Of a stretch of 64,000 nt of DNA, positions 20,331 to 28,978 are shown piece by piece. Within the stretch, counting starts at the first letter, position 1. The number at the start of each line of letters is the position of its first letter. The notes beneath the pieces are model-generated. The model was not told where the DNA came from and did no database searches. It saw only the letters and a list, made by a program, of their open reading frames with translations. The translations under genes were made by a program, and so were the position numbers. This stretch comes from Candidatus Latescibacterota bacterium (GTDB lineage: Bacteria > Latescibacterota > UBA2968 > GCA-2709665): the NCBI GenBank assembly GCA_965226795.1, contig CBDDDZ010000004.1:827392-891391 (forward strand), read 5' to 3'.

Positions 20331-22097
20331 ATGGCCATGTCCAAGGTAAATCCCAATGCACTGACCGTGTCGATTGAAACGCCCATGCCGCCGCCGGAAT
20401 GGGCGATGCTCGAAAGGGAATTGATCCGGGCGCAGACGCGGGCGTGCGAAGCGTTCTTCAACCGGTACTTTGACTCGAGGGGTTATCTCCAGTGCGTACC
20501 CCGATGGGGCGGTAACGACGGGCCCGACGACGCAATTGAAAATCTGACGGGTTGGCCCATTCTGCACGCGGTCGGTGCGCCGGATTGCATTCTGAAGATG
20601 TACAAGCTGGGGTGGGAGGGACACCTGTTACAGTATACGGAGGCGAAAACCGTGGAGGTGCCGCTGGCCCGGGATGGGATGATTTATAAAGAGTTTCCGG
20701 TGAGCCTGGACTGGTTCCACCACGGTGAGAGCCTGGCCGTCTTCAATTTACAGGGATTGTCGGATCCATACGATATCAGCTTTCAGCACCGGGCGCGCCG
20801 GTACGCGGGACTCTATATGGATGAGGACCCGCAGGCCAGGAATTACGATCCGGAGCACAAGATCATCCGCAGTCTGTTTACGGGAAGCGGAGGGCCCCTG
20901 CTCCGGAAGGCGACGGCGCTGGACTGGGCGGGAGACCCGATTGAGGTGGAGGGACGATTCGACCCGGGGCATGGCGAGCGCAATTTCGAGGAGATGCTGG
21001 CGCATTTCGAGGATTACACGGACGTGGTTGGCGACCATCCCATCAACCTGGCGGCCACTACGCTGGGTCTGAACGCGTTTATGGTGGCTGGAGAGCGGAA
21101 ATACCGGGAGTGGGTGGTGGACTACGTGGGTGCCTGGGCGGAACGGGCGGCCGCGAACAACGGGATTCTCCCCAGCAATATCGGGTTGGACGGCACGATC
21201 GGAGGCGAGAGCGATGGAAAATGGTACGGCGGGTGTTACGGCTGGGGGTTCACGGTGGTCGTGCCGCAAACAGGCGAGGTATCAAACCGGAACGCGACAT
21301 ACCGGGGTGTCGCGGGCTTCGGTAACGCGTTGTTGTTGACGGGCGAACGGAAATACGTGGACGTATGGCGCAGGATGCTCGCCGCGGTGAATGCGAATTC
21401 CCGGACGGTGGACGGAAAAACCATGTACCCGCAAATGTACGGCGACGACGGCTGGTACGCCTATCAGGACTCACCGTACAGCCAGGGTGCGCTGGACGTT
21501 TACTACTGGTCGATGGATCCTGAGGATCTGAAATACGTGCCCGAGAACGCATGGCTGAAGTTTCTGGATGGAAAAAACGAGGGATTTGCGGAGGCCGCCT
21601 TGCGCCGGGAATTTGCCTCAATCCGTGAAAAGGTGAACGGTATGCGCCGGGATACCAGCACGCCCGATACGCGGATGTCGGACGATACGCTGCGGTACAA
21701 CCCCGCCATCAATAGCTGTCTGACCCAGTTGATGCTGGGCGGATTGACCCCCCGCTATGGCGAGGCGCTGCATTGCCGCCTCCGATATTTCGACCCCGTG
21801 CGCCAGCGGGCGGGGATACCCGAGGACGTGGCGGCGCTCGTGGAGGGGATGACGGACGAAACGGTCACGGTGACTCTGGTGAACGTGAATCCGGTGGATC
21901 ATCGGACCGTAATCGTCCAGGCGGGGGCCTACGGCGAGCACCAGGTGACCGCGGTTCAGACCGACGACAGTACCCATTTCGTGGATTGTCCCTTCTTCAC
22001 GGTACGACTCGCGCCCGGAAGCGGCAGCCGGCTCGTTGTCACCTCGAAGCGGTACGTGAATCAACCGACATTCGCATTTCCCTGGGATAGGGAATGA
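20331..22097 (+). CDS. Conserved hypothetical protein (588 aa), possibly an alpha/alpha-barrel glycan-active enzyme
   Basis: Long intact ORF with RBS GAAAGGA. It is aromatic-rich (RWGGNDGPDDAIEN, DWFHHGE). Function not assignable. Confidence 0.75.
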   Translation: MAMSKVNPNALTVSIETPMPPPEWAMLERELIRAQTRACEAFFNRYFDSRGYLQCVPRWGGNDGPDDAIENLTGWPILHAVGAPDCILKMYKLGWEGHLLQYTEAKTVEVPLARDGMIYKEFPVSLDWFHHGESLAVFNLQGLSDPYDISFQHRARRYAGLYMDEDPQARNYDPEHKIIRSLFTGSGGPLLRKATALDWAGDPIEVEGRFDPGHGERNFEEMLAHFEDYTDVVGDHPINLAATTLGLNAFMVAGERKYREWVVDYVGAWAERAAANNGILPSNIGLDGTIGGESDGKWYGGCYGWGFTVVVPQTGEVSNRNATYRGVAGFGNALLLTGERKYVDVWRRMLAAVNANSRTVDGKTMYPQMYGDDGWYAYQDSPYSQGALDVYYWSMDPEDLKYVPENAWLKFLDGKNEGFAEAALRREFASIREKVNGMRRDTSTPDTRMSDDTLRYNPAINSCLTQLMLGGLTPRYGEALHCRLRYFDPVRQRAGIPEDVAALVEGMTDETVTVTLVNVNPVDHRTVIVQAGAYGEHQVTAVQTDDSTHFVDCPFFTVRLAPGSGSRLVVTSKRYVNQPTFAFPWDRE

Positions 22098-22159
22098 TTA
22101 GCTGTCAGCGTTCAGTTCTCAGCTGTCAGCTCTCCACCCAACCCATTCCGAAGGCACAA

Positions 22160-22629
22160 GACGCACCGATGACGGCCGAGACGTTTTAGCAGTAGCTGAC
22201 GAATCTCGACATCCTGGCCAGCTACAGCAGGCCCCGCGTATCTGATTACAACCCCTATTCGGAAAGCCAATTCAAGACGCTCAAATACGCGCTATCATAC
22301 CCCAGGCGCTTCACCGGTCCGCAGGACGCACGCACCTATTCCCAGGCGTTTCTTTCCCCGGTACAACACCCAACACCGGCACAGCGGCTTGGAACTGCTC
22401 ACACCCGATACCGTGCACTACGCCCTAAAGCAGCAGATTCAAGCCGCCGGTCAACAGGTGCTCGACCAGGCTAATAACAAACACCCTGAACGATTTGTTA
22501 TTGGAAAACCTCGACCTCCACACGTTCCCGACGCAGTCTGGAATAATCCACCCAGGAACACCATCGAATGCCATCAGTTGCTTCAGTAAATTCCTACGAG
22601 AGCCGTCTCATTTTTATTCACACGTTTCG
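22160..22629 (+). mobile_element. IS3-like transposase OrfB remnant with right end
   Basis: Fragments SYSRPRVSDYNPYSESQFKTLKY, YNTQHRHSGLELLTPDTVHY and HPERFV...PP...AVWNNPP, with frameshifts. The end reads GTCTCATTTTTATTCACACGTTTCG. Confidence 0.85.
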
Positions 22630-22640
22630 AACATCACCAA

Positions 22641-22668
22641 TTGTCTCACTCTATATTGGCACGTAGGG
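22641..22668 (-). repeat. Isolated IS3-like terminal repeat (28 bp)
   Basis: TTGTCTCACTCTATATTGGCACGTAGGG is identical to 55759-55786, which precedes an IS3-like orfA. Confidence 0.85.
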
Positions 22669-22808
22669 TTCTTAAGAGATAATAGGACCTCAATCTTTCG
22701 GTTGGAAATGTAAATAGGTTTTGTTATTTTGCCTACGTCAACAACCATCTCGAATTTCGCTATTTTGGGTATCCGCTCGCACTACATCCAGCCAGGAGGA
22801 GAAACATT

Positions 22809-23294
22809 GTGATGAACAAAGGAATACAATATTGGCTTCTGATAACCCTGCTGTTTGCTTTTGCTTTTACGAGTTGTGGCGCACTCCTCAAGGGTTCTAC
22901 TCAAAGCGTTGGCATTAAATCCTTCCAACAAGGAAGCACTATTGAAGTTGACGGGCAAACCCACGTCAGCCCTGCTCTGATAGAACTGCCACGAAATCAG
23001 AATTATGTTGTTGCCATCTCAAAAGAAGGATACGAGACACAACAGTTAAGAATTACCCAAAAAATCAGTGGCGGTATCGTTGCCCTTGACATTCTCTGTG
23101 GAATTTTGCCCGTCATTGTAGATGCTGTCATGGGCACATGGTACAACCTCTCACCCAAAGAAATCAATGTCAACCTCGTCAGCAAACAAACCGGTGCCCT
23201 CGACATACCCGTCAAAATGGTTCTGATCGACAACGCATCGCTCAAGGTTGTCTCACCTCAACGTGTCCACATCAGAATAGAACAATCCGAATGA
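22809..23294 (+). CDS. PEGA-domain lipoprotein
   Basis: Lipobox FTSC, then VDG...SPALIELPR...ISKEGY and a hydrophobic ILPVIVDAVMGTWY segment. Confidence 0.8.
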   Translation: MMNKGIQYWLLITLLFAFAFTSCGALLKGSTQSVGIKSFQQGSTIEVDGQTHVSPALIELPRNQNYVVAISKEGYETQQLRITQKISGGIVALDILCGILPVIVDAVMGTWYNLSPKEINVNLVSKQTGALDIPVKMVLIDNASLKVVSPQRVHIRIEQSE

Positions 23295-23325
23295 GATAAC
23301 CCCTTGATTTCAAAACCTTTCAACC

Positions 23326-23358
23326 AGACCCCACTAACTCTGTTGGTAGGGTCTTTTT
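23326..23358 (+). terminator. Probable rho-independent terminator
   Basis: AGACCCCACTAAC-TCT-GTTGGTAGGGTCT followed by TTTT. Confidence 0.6.
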
Positions 23359-23436
23359 ACCGTTTTGTCACTTTGGTGTATTATTCCCAAAAAAGCCCCG
23401 TGTCGGGGGAGTGTTCAAACTTACGGAGGATGTGAA

Positions 23437-24279
23437 ATGAGTCTGGATATCGAAAGATGGCTCCGCCGGCCCAAGATCGACGTGCACTGCCACGTCTGGA
23501 ACCTGGGGAACGAGGCGGACGAGGCGACCTCCGCCGAGCAGTTGATCTCGGCGGGAGAGATGCTGGGTATAACCGAATACTGGTGTTCTTCGCCCATTAC
23601 GGGTGGCCGGCTTGCAAGTATTGAAGAAGTGCGCGCGGAGAACGACGCGGTGTTGCGGGCCATGCAGCGCTTTCCCGAACATATCAGGGGCATGTGTTTT
23701 GTGATTCCCGGGCACTACCGGCAGGCGGTGGACGAGGTGGACCGGTGTCTCGACGCAGGGATGATCGGCGTCAAACTCTACAACCAGTACCGGATCAACG
23801 ACCCGGCGGTGTTTCCGGTTATCGAACGGGTGATCGAGCGCAAGGTGCCTCTCCTGGAGCACGCGGGTTTCGTGTGCGGCAGGGAATTCCTGGATCAACA
23901 GCCGCTGATTTCCGATGGACGTCATTTCGCGGAAATGAACCGGTTGTATCCGGAGGCGATGGCCATCCACGCCCACATCGGCGGCGGAGGCGACTGGGAA
24001 AACACGATTCGCGCGATGCGAAACACGTCGCCCAACCTGGTCTGCGACGTGAGCGGCAGCAATCTGGACGATGGACAGGTCGAACTCGCCGTGGCCGAAA
24101 TGGGGCCCCACCGGGTGTTGTTCGGCACGGACGGAACCATGACCGGCAGCGTGGGGAAGGTCATCGACGCAACACTGACGGACGAGGAAAAGGACCTGAT
24201 TTTCTGGGGCAACGCGGAGCGGATTCTGGCCGCTCAAGGCGCGGCGCCGATCTTGACGAAGAAGGAGGCCGTGGCATGA
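23437..24279 (+). CDS. Amidohydrolase_2 family metal-dependent hydrolase
   Basis: IDVHCH, GVKLY, LEHAG, HAHIGGGG and VLFGTD motifs; RBS GGAGGA. Confidence 0.9.
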   Translation: MSLDIERWLRRPKIDVHCHVWNLGNEADEATSAEQLISAGEMLGITEYWCSSPITGGRLASIEEVRAENDAVLRAMQRFPEHIRGMCFVIPGHYRQAVDEVDRCLDAGMIGVKLYNQYRINDPAVFPVIERVIERKVPLLEHAGFVCGREFLDQQPLISDGRHFAEMNRLYPEAMAIHAHIGGGGDWENTIRAMRNTSPNLVCDVSGSNLDDGQVELAVAEMGPHRVLFGTDGTMTGSVGKVIDATLTDEEKDLIFWGNAERILAAQGAAPILTKKEAVA

Positions 24280-25073
24280 GGTACGTCGATATCAATGCGT
24301 GGTTGGGTTCCTGGCCTTTTCGGGGTTTGCGGGACAATACACCTGAAACACTCATCCGTCGGCTGGACCGGGCCGGTATCGGGACGGCCGCCGTATCCCG
24401 GATCGAGGCGATATTGCACCGGAGCGTACAACCGGCTAACGAACGCCTGTCGGAGGACCTGGAGGGGTTTACCGACCGATTGATTGCCATGGCGACAATC
24501 AATGCGGCCGATCCGAACTGGGAGGGCGACCTGCGCCGGTGTCACGAAGACCTGGGAATGCGAGGCGCGCGGCTGTTCCCGCAATATCACGATTTCGCCG
24601 TGGACGGACCCGAGGCCCGCAAGGTCGTTGCGGCATGCACCGAGCGGGGGCTTCCGGTGTTCATCCCGCATCGGATCGAGGACGTCCGGCAGAGGCACTG
24701 GATGGACCCCGGGCGGATGGTGGACCTCAATGGCGTGGCGAATCTGATTGCCGCGGCCTCCGGGGCGACAATCGTGATACCGAATGCGCGAGGGATTTCA
24801 AGTTCCGCCGTGTGGCAGCGAAAAGAGATTCGAGACCGGGAATGGTATTTCGACCTGTCCCTGGCGGAAGTACACTACTCCTTGAGTCGAAACGTTAATC
24901 AGATGGGCGATCTGTCGGACTTTATCGAACAGGGCGGCGCGGACCACCTGGTGTTTGGCACGCACGCTCCGTTCTCCTATCCCTCGGCCGCGAGGGTCAA
25001 GTGCGCGGTGTTGCCCGTGAACGAGGAAACGCTGGAGGAAATCTGTTACAGACGAGCGGAACGGATGTTGTAA
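24276..25073 (+). CDS. Amidohydrolase_2-like protein with degenerate metal ligands
   Basis: ATGA overlap with the upstream gene. VDINAWLGSWPFR replaces HxH; also GARLFPQYH and LVFGTHAPF. Confidence 0.85.
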   Translation: MRYVDINAWLGSWPFRGLRDNTPETLIRRLDRAGIGTAAVSRIEAILHRSVQPANERLSEDLEGFTDRLIAMATINAADPNWEGDLRRCHEDLGMRGARLFPQYHDFAVDGPEARKVVAACTERGLPVFIPHRIEDVRQRHWMDPGRMVDLNGVANLIAAASGATIVIPNARGISSSAVWQRKEIRDREWYFDLSLAEVHYSLSRNVNQMGDLSDFIEQGGADHLVFGTHAPFSYPSAARVKCAVLPVNEETLEEICYRRAERML

Positions 25074-25103
25074 ACCATTTTATATTGTAGAGGGCGATGA
25101 AGC

Positions 25104-27518
25104 ATGGTCACTGTCGATATGATAACCAGGCTGGAGGGTGCGTGCATACCCGCCGTGGAGACGCCAATGAGCCGGCGTTATCTGAGGATGGCGCAGAAGT
25201 GGCTTCCAACCGCGCTGAGCTATTTTGAGGATTGGGGAGAACGCCCGCGTTGCGGGCATTTTTTCGGTGGGGTCCATTGGTACGGTATAGAGACGGCGGT
25301 CCCGCTGCACGCCCTGGCCGCGGTGAGCACCTCGCCGGAGTACGATGAAAACACCACGGGATTGTCAATTGACAACCTCCGGGAGGTCGTCATCAAGGCG
25401 ATCAGGTACCTGTGTTTCACGCACGATACGGGCCCCGAGGAATGCCTGCGTCCGTCCACGGGGCTGGGAATGCCGAGGTCCTGGGGCACCAAGTGGGGGG
25501 AAAGGGGCCGGGGGTTTTTTCCGGAAAGCCAGTGCGGCGGGACCATTGCGAATATGACCGCAGCGGCGCTGATGTTGCAGCCGTACGTGGACCACGAAAC
25601 CCGGATGATGCTGGCGGAAATCTGCTTTGACTATCTCGAACGGTTTGGAGAAATGGCCCCAAAGAGCGGCGTCTACGCGGATACGCAAATGGAGGAGAAC
25701 GCGTGGACGGCGCACGGCCTGGCGGCATGCTATCTGTTTCTGTCAGGACACGAGAAAGCGGAAGCGTGGGAAGCATGCGCCCGACGGTGGATGTTCTCGG
25801 CCTGCGCCGCCCCGCAGGACCGGTTCAACGAAGGGGCGCTGGAAACGGGGATGACGGCCGCAGCGCTGACCGGGAAGACGTTCACCACGCTACCGGACTA
25901 CATGGCCGAGAACCACGGGATGGTCCACCCCGGTTACACCGCCTCCGGCGTGCAGTCGGTGGCCGGTCTTGGGTTGCTCTACCGCATGTACGGGCGGACC
26001 GAACCGCAGGAGGCCTACTGGAACCGTCAGCGGGTCTACGACGCGATCAAGCTGCTGACGGATGAGACGGGATCGGCGATGCCGACACAGGGGATGGACC
26101 GCCTTTATCTCGGGGAACAACACGCGTTGCACGCATCGGCCTATCTGTTTCTGAAGGATCCGGATGCCGGGTACTTCGAGGAGGTATCGCTGGCGCTCAG
26201 AGAGAAAAAGCAGGAAGGAAACGGAGGGCGGTTGATCGATCCCGAGGTTGCGGCCACGTGCCACGAGGTGGAAGATCCCATGTTGATCAAGGAGTCTGAG
26301 ATGATCGGAGGGATCGTGAAACCCTACCTTCTGCACCGGTTGATGGATGGAGAGGCGCCGGCCCCGACACCCGAAGCGGAAATTGCAACCAAGTTCAACG
26401 GAGTCCGGCTTTTCCCGCATTCGGGATTCGTACATCATCGACACCAGAAGGGGCAGACGTCCTTTTCCTGGAGAAATTACATGATGGCGCTGCCGTTTAC
26501 GCGCGACGGCGTACACACAGTGGGACCCAGCCGATGGAGTCTGCTGGCCAACGTCACGGTAAAGGAACGGCCGGGAAGCCACAATTTGCGCGTCATGTGG
26601 ATCAATCGTAAAGACGACGGGTTTGCGGCGCTGATGGTGAACGACCGGGCCCAGGATACGATTCGCCAGCGCGTGCTGTGCTGCTCGCTTCCGGATGGAC
26701 GCATGGTGTGCAGTGAACGACTCGAGGCGTTGCTGGATTGTGCGGTGGAGAGACTGGATCAGGGATTCATCAGAGTCGTCAATGAAAACTTCCCGCTGGT
26801 TGGCGGGGTGTGCGATGGAAAGCGTATTCTCTATCATCCGGACGGATCGGAGACGTTTCCCGGGTTTCCAAGCAATGACCCCGACGACGACGTCGTGTTT
26901 GATATGCAGGACCCGGGCTGGTTGAACGTGGACGATCAGCTGGGAATTGTGTTCCAGGGGACGGGCGGAACCCGCTATCTGAACCGTCACTATTTCCCGC
27001 CCTTCGCATTCAGGGCGGTCGCCGACGATCTGTTCCTGAGCCTGGACGACACGGCGAAGGCATACCGCGCGGGCGAGCGGGTGGGCGCGCTCGCCTTGCT
27101 GATTTGTCCCGAGCAGTCGCACGAGGAAACGCCGGCCCAGTTCCTGACAATAGCCGAATCCTCGGAAGATACAGTCTGTCTGATTGTGGACGGATATCTG
27201 TGCGCCGGCAATTTCGGATCGAAGCGGAAGGTATGCGCGTTTGAGACCGGAGTCGGGAATCCGGTACCGGTTTTTGGAAGCACAACGCGCGTTACAGGAC
27301 AGCGCGTCGAGTATGCCATGCCCATCGAGGGCGGAGAGGCCGTCTACGCGAGGGAAGTGATGAAGGTCCGGACCGATGGGGATATTCGGATCGAAGCGGT
27401 CCCTGCCGGCGGCGCGTATATCACCAATGAAGCGGGACGAAGCGTGGAGGCGAGTGTTCTGAAAGACGGGAGAGTACGGATCTTGCAGATCGAAGCGGAA
27501 CAGGTGGTGCGCATTTGA
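25104..27518 (+). CDS. Hypothetical protein with a polysaccharide lyase (PL8-like) architecture; paralog of 33208-35622
   Basis: Helical N-half with DTQMEENAW and ENHGMVHPGY, beta-rich C-half with WLNVDDQLG. The fold assignment is inference. Confidence 0.6.
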   Translation: MVTVDMITRLEGACIPAVETPMSRRYLRMAQKWLPTALSYFEDWGERPRCGHFFGGVHWYGIETAVPLHALAAVSTSPEYDENTTGLSIDNLREVVIKAIRYLCFTHDTGPEECLRPSTGLGMPRSWGTKWGERGRGFFPESQCGGTIANMTAAALMLQPYVDHETRMMLAEICFDYLERFGEMAPKSGVYADTQMEENAWTAHGLAACYLFLSGHEKAEAWEACARRWMFSACAAPQDRFNEGALETGMTAAALTGKTFTTLPDYMAENHGMVHPGYTASGVQSVAGLGLLYRMYGRTEPQEAYWNRQRVYDAIKLLTDETGSAMPTQGMDRLYLGEQHALHASAYLFLKDPDAGYFEEVSLALREKKQEGNGGRLIDPEVAATCHEVEDPMLIKESEMIGGIVKPYLLHRLMDGEAPAPTPEAEIATKFNGVRLFPHSGFVHHRHQKGQTSFSWRNYMMALPFTRDGVHTVGPSRWSLLANVTVKERPGSHNLRVMWINRKDDGFAALMVNDRAQDTIRQRVLCCSLPDGRMVCSERLEALLDCAVERLDQGFIRVVNENFPLVGGVCDGKRILYHPDGSETFPGFPSNDPDDDVVFDMQDPGWLNVDDQLGIVFQGTGGTRYLNRHYFPPFAFRAVADDLFLSLDDTAKAYRAGERVGALALLICPEQSHEETPAQFLTIAESSEDTVCLIVDGYLCAGNFGSKRKVCAFETGVGNPVPVFGSTTRVTGQRVEYAMPIEGGEAVYAREVMKVRTDGDIRIEAVPAGGAYITNEAGRSVEASVLKDGRVRILQIEAEQVVRI

Positions 27519-27589
27519 CGTCAGGGATGGAATACCGGCAAGATGGTCGATGGTCCGTACCCACGGGTAAATGAATGGGAAATTGTAAA

Positions 27590-28978
27590 ATGCGGCTGGC
27601 GATCTGCGGAATCAGGCATGAAACGAACACATTCTCGGCATTACGGGCTGGAATCGAGGATTTTCACGTCTTGCGCGGGAACGAGATTCTGGCTGATGGA
27701 CCCTGGCAGGCGTTTGACAACGTTGAATGGGCGCCGACGCTGGTTGCCAGGGCGCAGCCCCATGGGCTCGTTCTCCGGGACACGTACGAGTCGATGGCGG
27801 CCGAGTTGGTGGATCGTTTGCGTCGGGCATTGCCGGTGGACGGCGTGTACCTGGATTTGCACGGCGCAATGGAGGTGGAAGGCCTGGGCGACGGGGAACG
27901 CGACCTGGTTTGTCGGGTCCGTGGGACGGTCGGTGACGAAATTCCGATTGTCGCCAGTCTGGACCTGCACGCCAATCTTGCGCCTGAGGTCCTGGAAAAG
28001 ACCAATGTGCTGACGGCGCTGAGGACCGCGCCCCACGTGGACCGGACCGAGACGCAAAGGCGGGCAATTGGACATCTCATCCGCTGTGTGAAAGAAAATA
28101 TCCGGCCGGTGAATGCCATTGTAAGGCTGCCCATGCTGCTGCCTGGGGAACACGCGGCCACGGGGGTGGAGCCGGCGCGGTCCCTGTACACAGGACTTCA
28201 GGAGGTGGAATCGCGTCCCGACGTTATCGACGCGTCGATTATGATCGGGTGCGCATGGACGGATTCGCCTTTTACGTCCGTCGCCACGATTGTGGTCTCG
28301 GAAAATCGTACGGCAGCCGGGGAACACGCGGAACGCATGGCCGAGGAAATCTGGCGACAGCGTGAGCGATTTGCGCCGGATGCGCCGACGATGCCGGTCG
28401 AGGAAGCCGTGAGGAGTGCCGTCCGAGAGACCCGGCACCCCGTGTTTGTTTCCGACTCGGGAGATAACGTCACGGCCGGGGCGGCTGGTGACATTCCCCT
28501 GGTATTGAAAACATTGATTGAAGCAGGCGCCAGAGATGCGGTAGTCGCCGGAATTGCCGATCACGAGGCCGTGGCGCGATGTCTTGAAGCAGGTATCGGC
28601 GCTGAGTTGGCACTGGCCGTGGGTGGCAAACTCGACAGGGTCAACGGATTTCCTCTGGAGGTAACCGGCCGGGTGGTCTCGATGAATCCGCCGCGGATTG
28701 TCGTGTTCCAGGTGGGAGGCGTAAGGGTGGTTCTAACGGCCGACCGCATGCCGTTTTTGGATCTCCGGGCCTTTGAAATGGCGAACGTGAATCCCTCGGA
28801 ACACGAGATCGTGGTTGTGAAACATGGATATCTCGCGCCGGAACTGCGGGATATAGCCGGGACGGCGCTGATGGCGATCAGCCCGGGGTGTACGGCCCTG
28901 GCGCTGGAGACGTTGCCCTATGAACGGATCCGGCGGCCTGTGTTTCCACTGGACGAGGACGTCGTATTCCGGACGTGA
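27590..28978 (+). CDS. MlrC-like M81 metallopeptidase/deacylase
   Basis: HETNTFS, LDLHGAM, SLDLHAN, RTAPHVD and SDSGDNVTAG motifs. Confidence 0.92.
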   Translation: MRLAICGIRHETNTFSALRAGIEDFHVLRGNEILADGPWQAFDNVEWAPTLVARAQPHGLVLRDTYESMAAELVDRLRRALPVDGVYLDLHGAMEVEGLGDGERDLVCRVRGTVGDEIPIVASLDLHANLAPEVLEKTNVLTALRTAPHVDRTETQRRAIGHLIRCVKENIRPVNAIVRLPMLLPGEHAATGVEPARSLYTGLQEVESRPDVIDASIMIGCAWTDSPFTSVATIVVSENRTAAGEHAERMAEEIWRQRERFAPDAPTMPVEEAVRSAVRETRHPVFVSDSGDNVTAGAAGDIPLVLKTLIEAGARDAVVAGIADHEAVARCLEAGIGAELALAVGGKLDRVNGFPLEVTGRVVSMNPPRIVVFQVGGVRVVLTADRMPFLDLRAFEMANVNPSEHEIVVVKHGYLAPELRDIAGTALMAISPGCTALALETLPYERIRRPVFPLDEDVVFRT

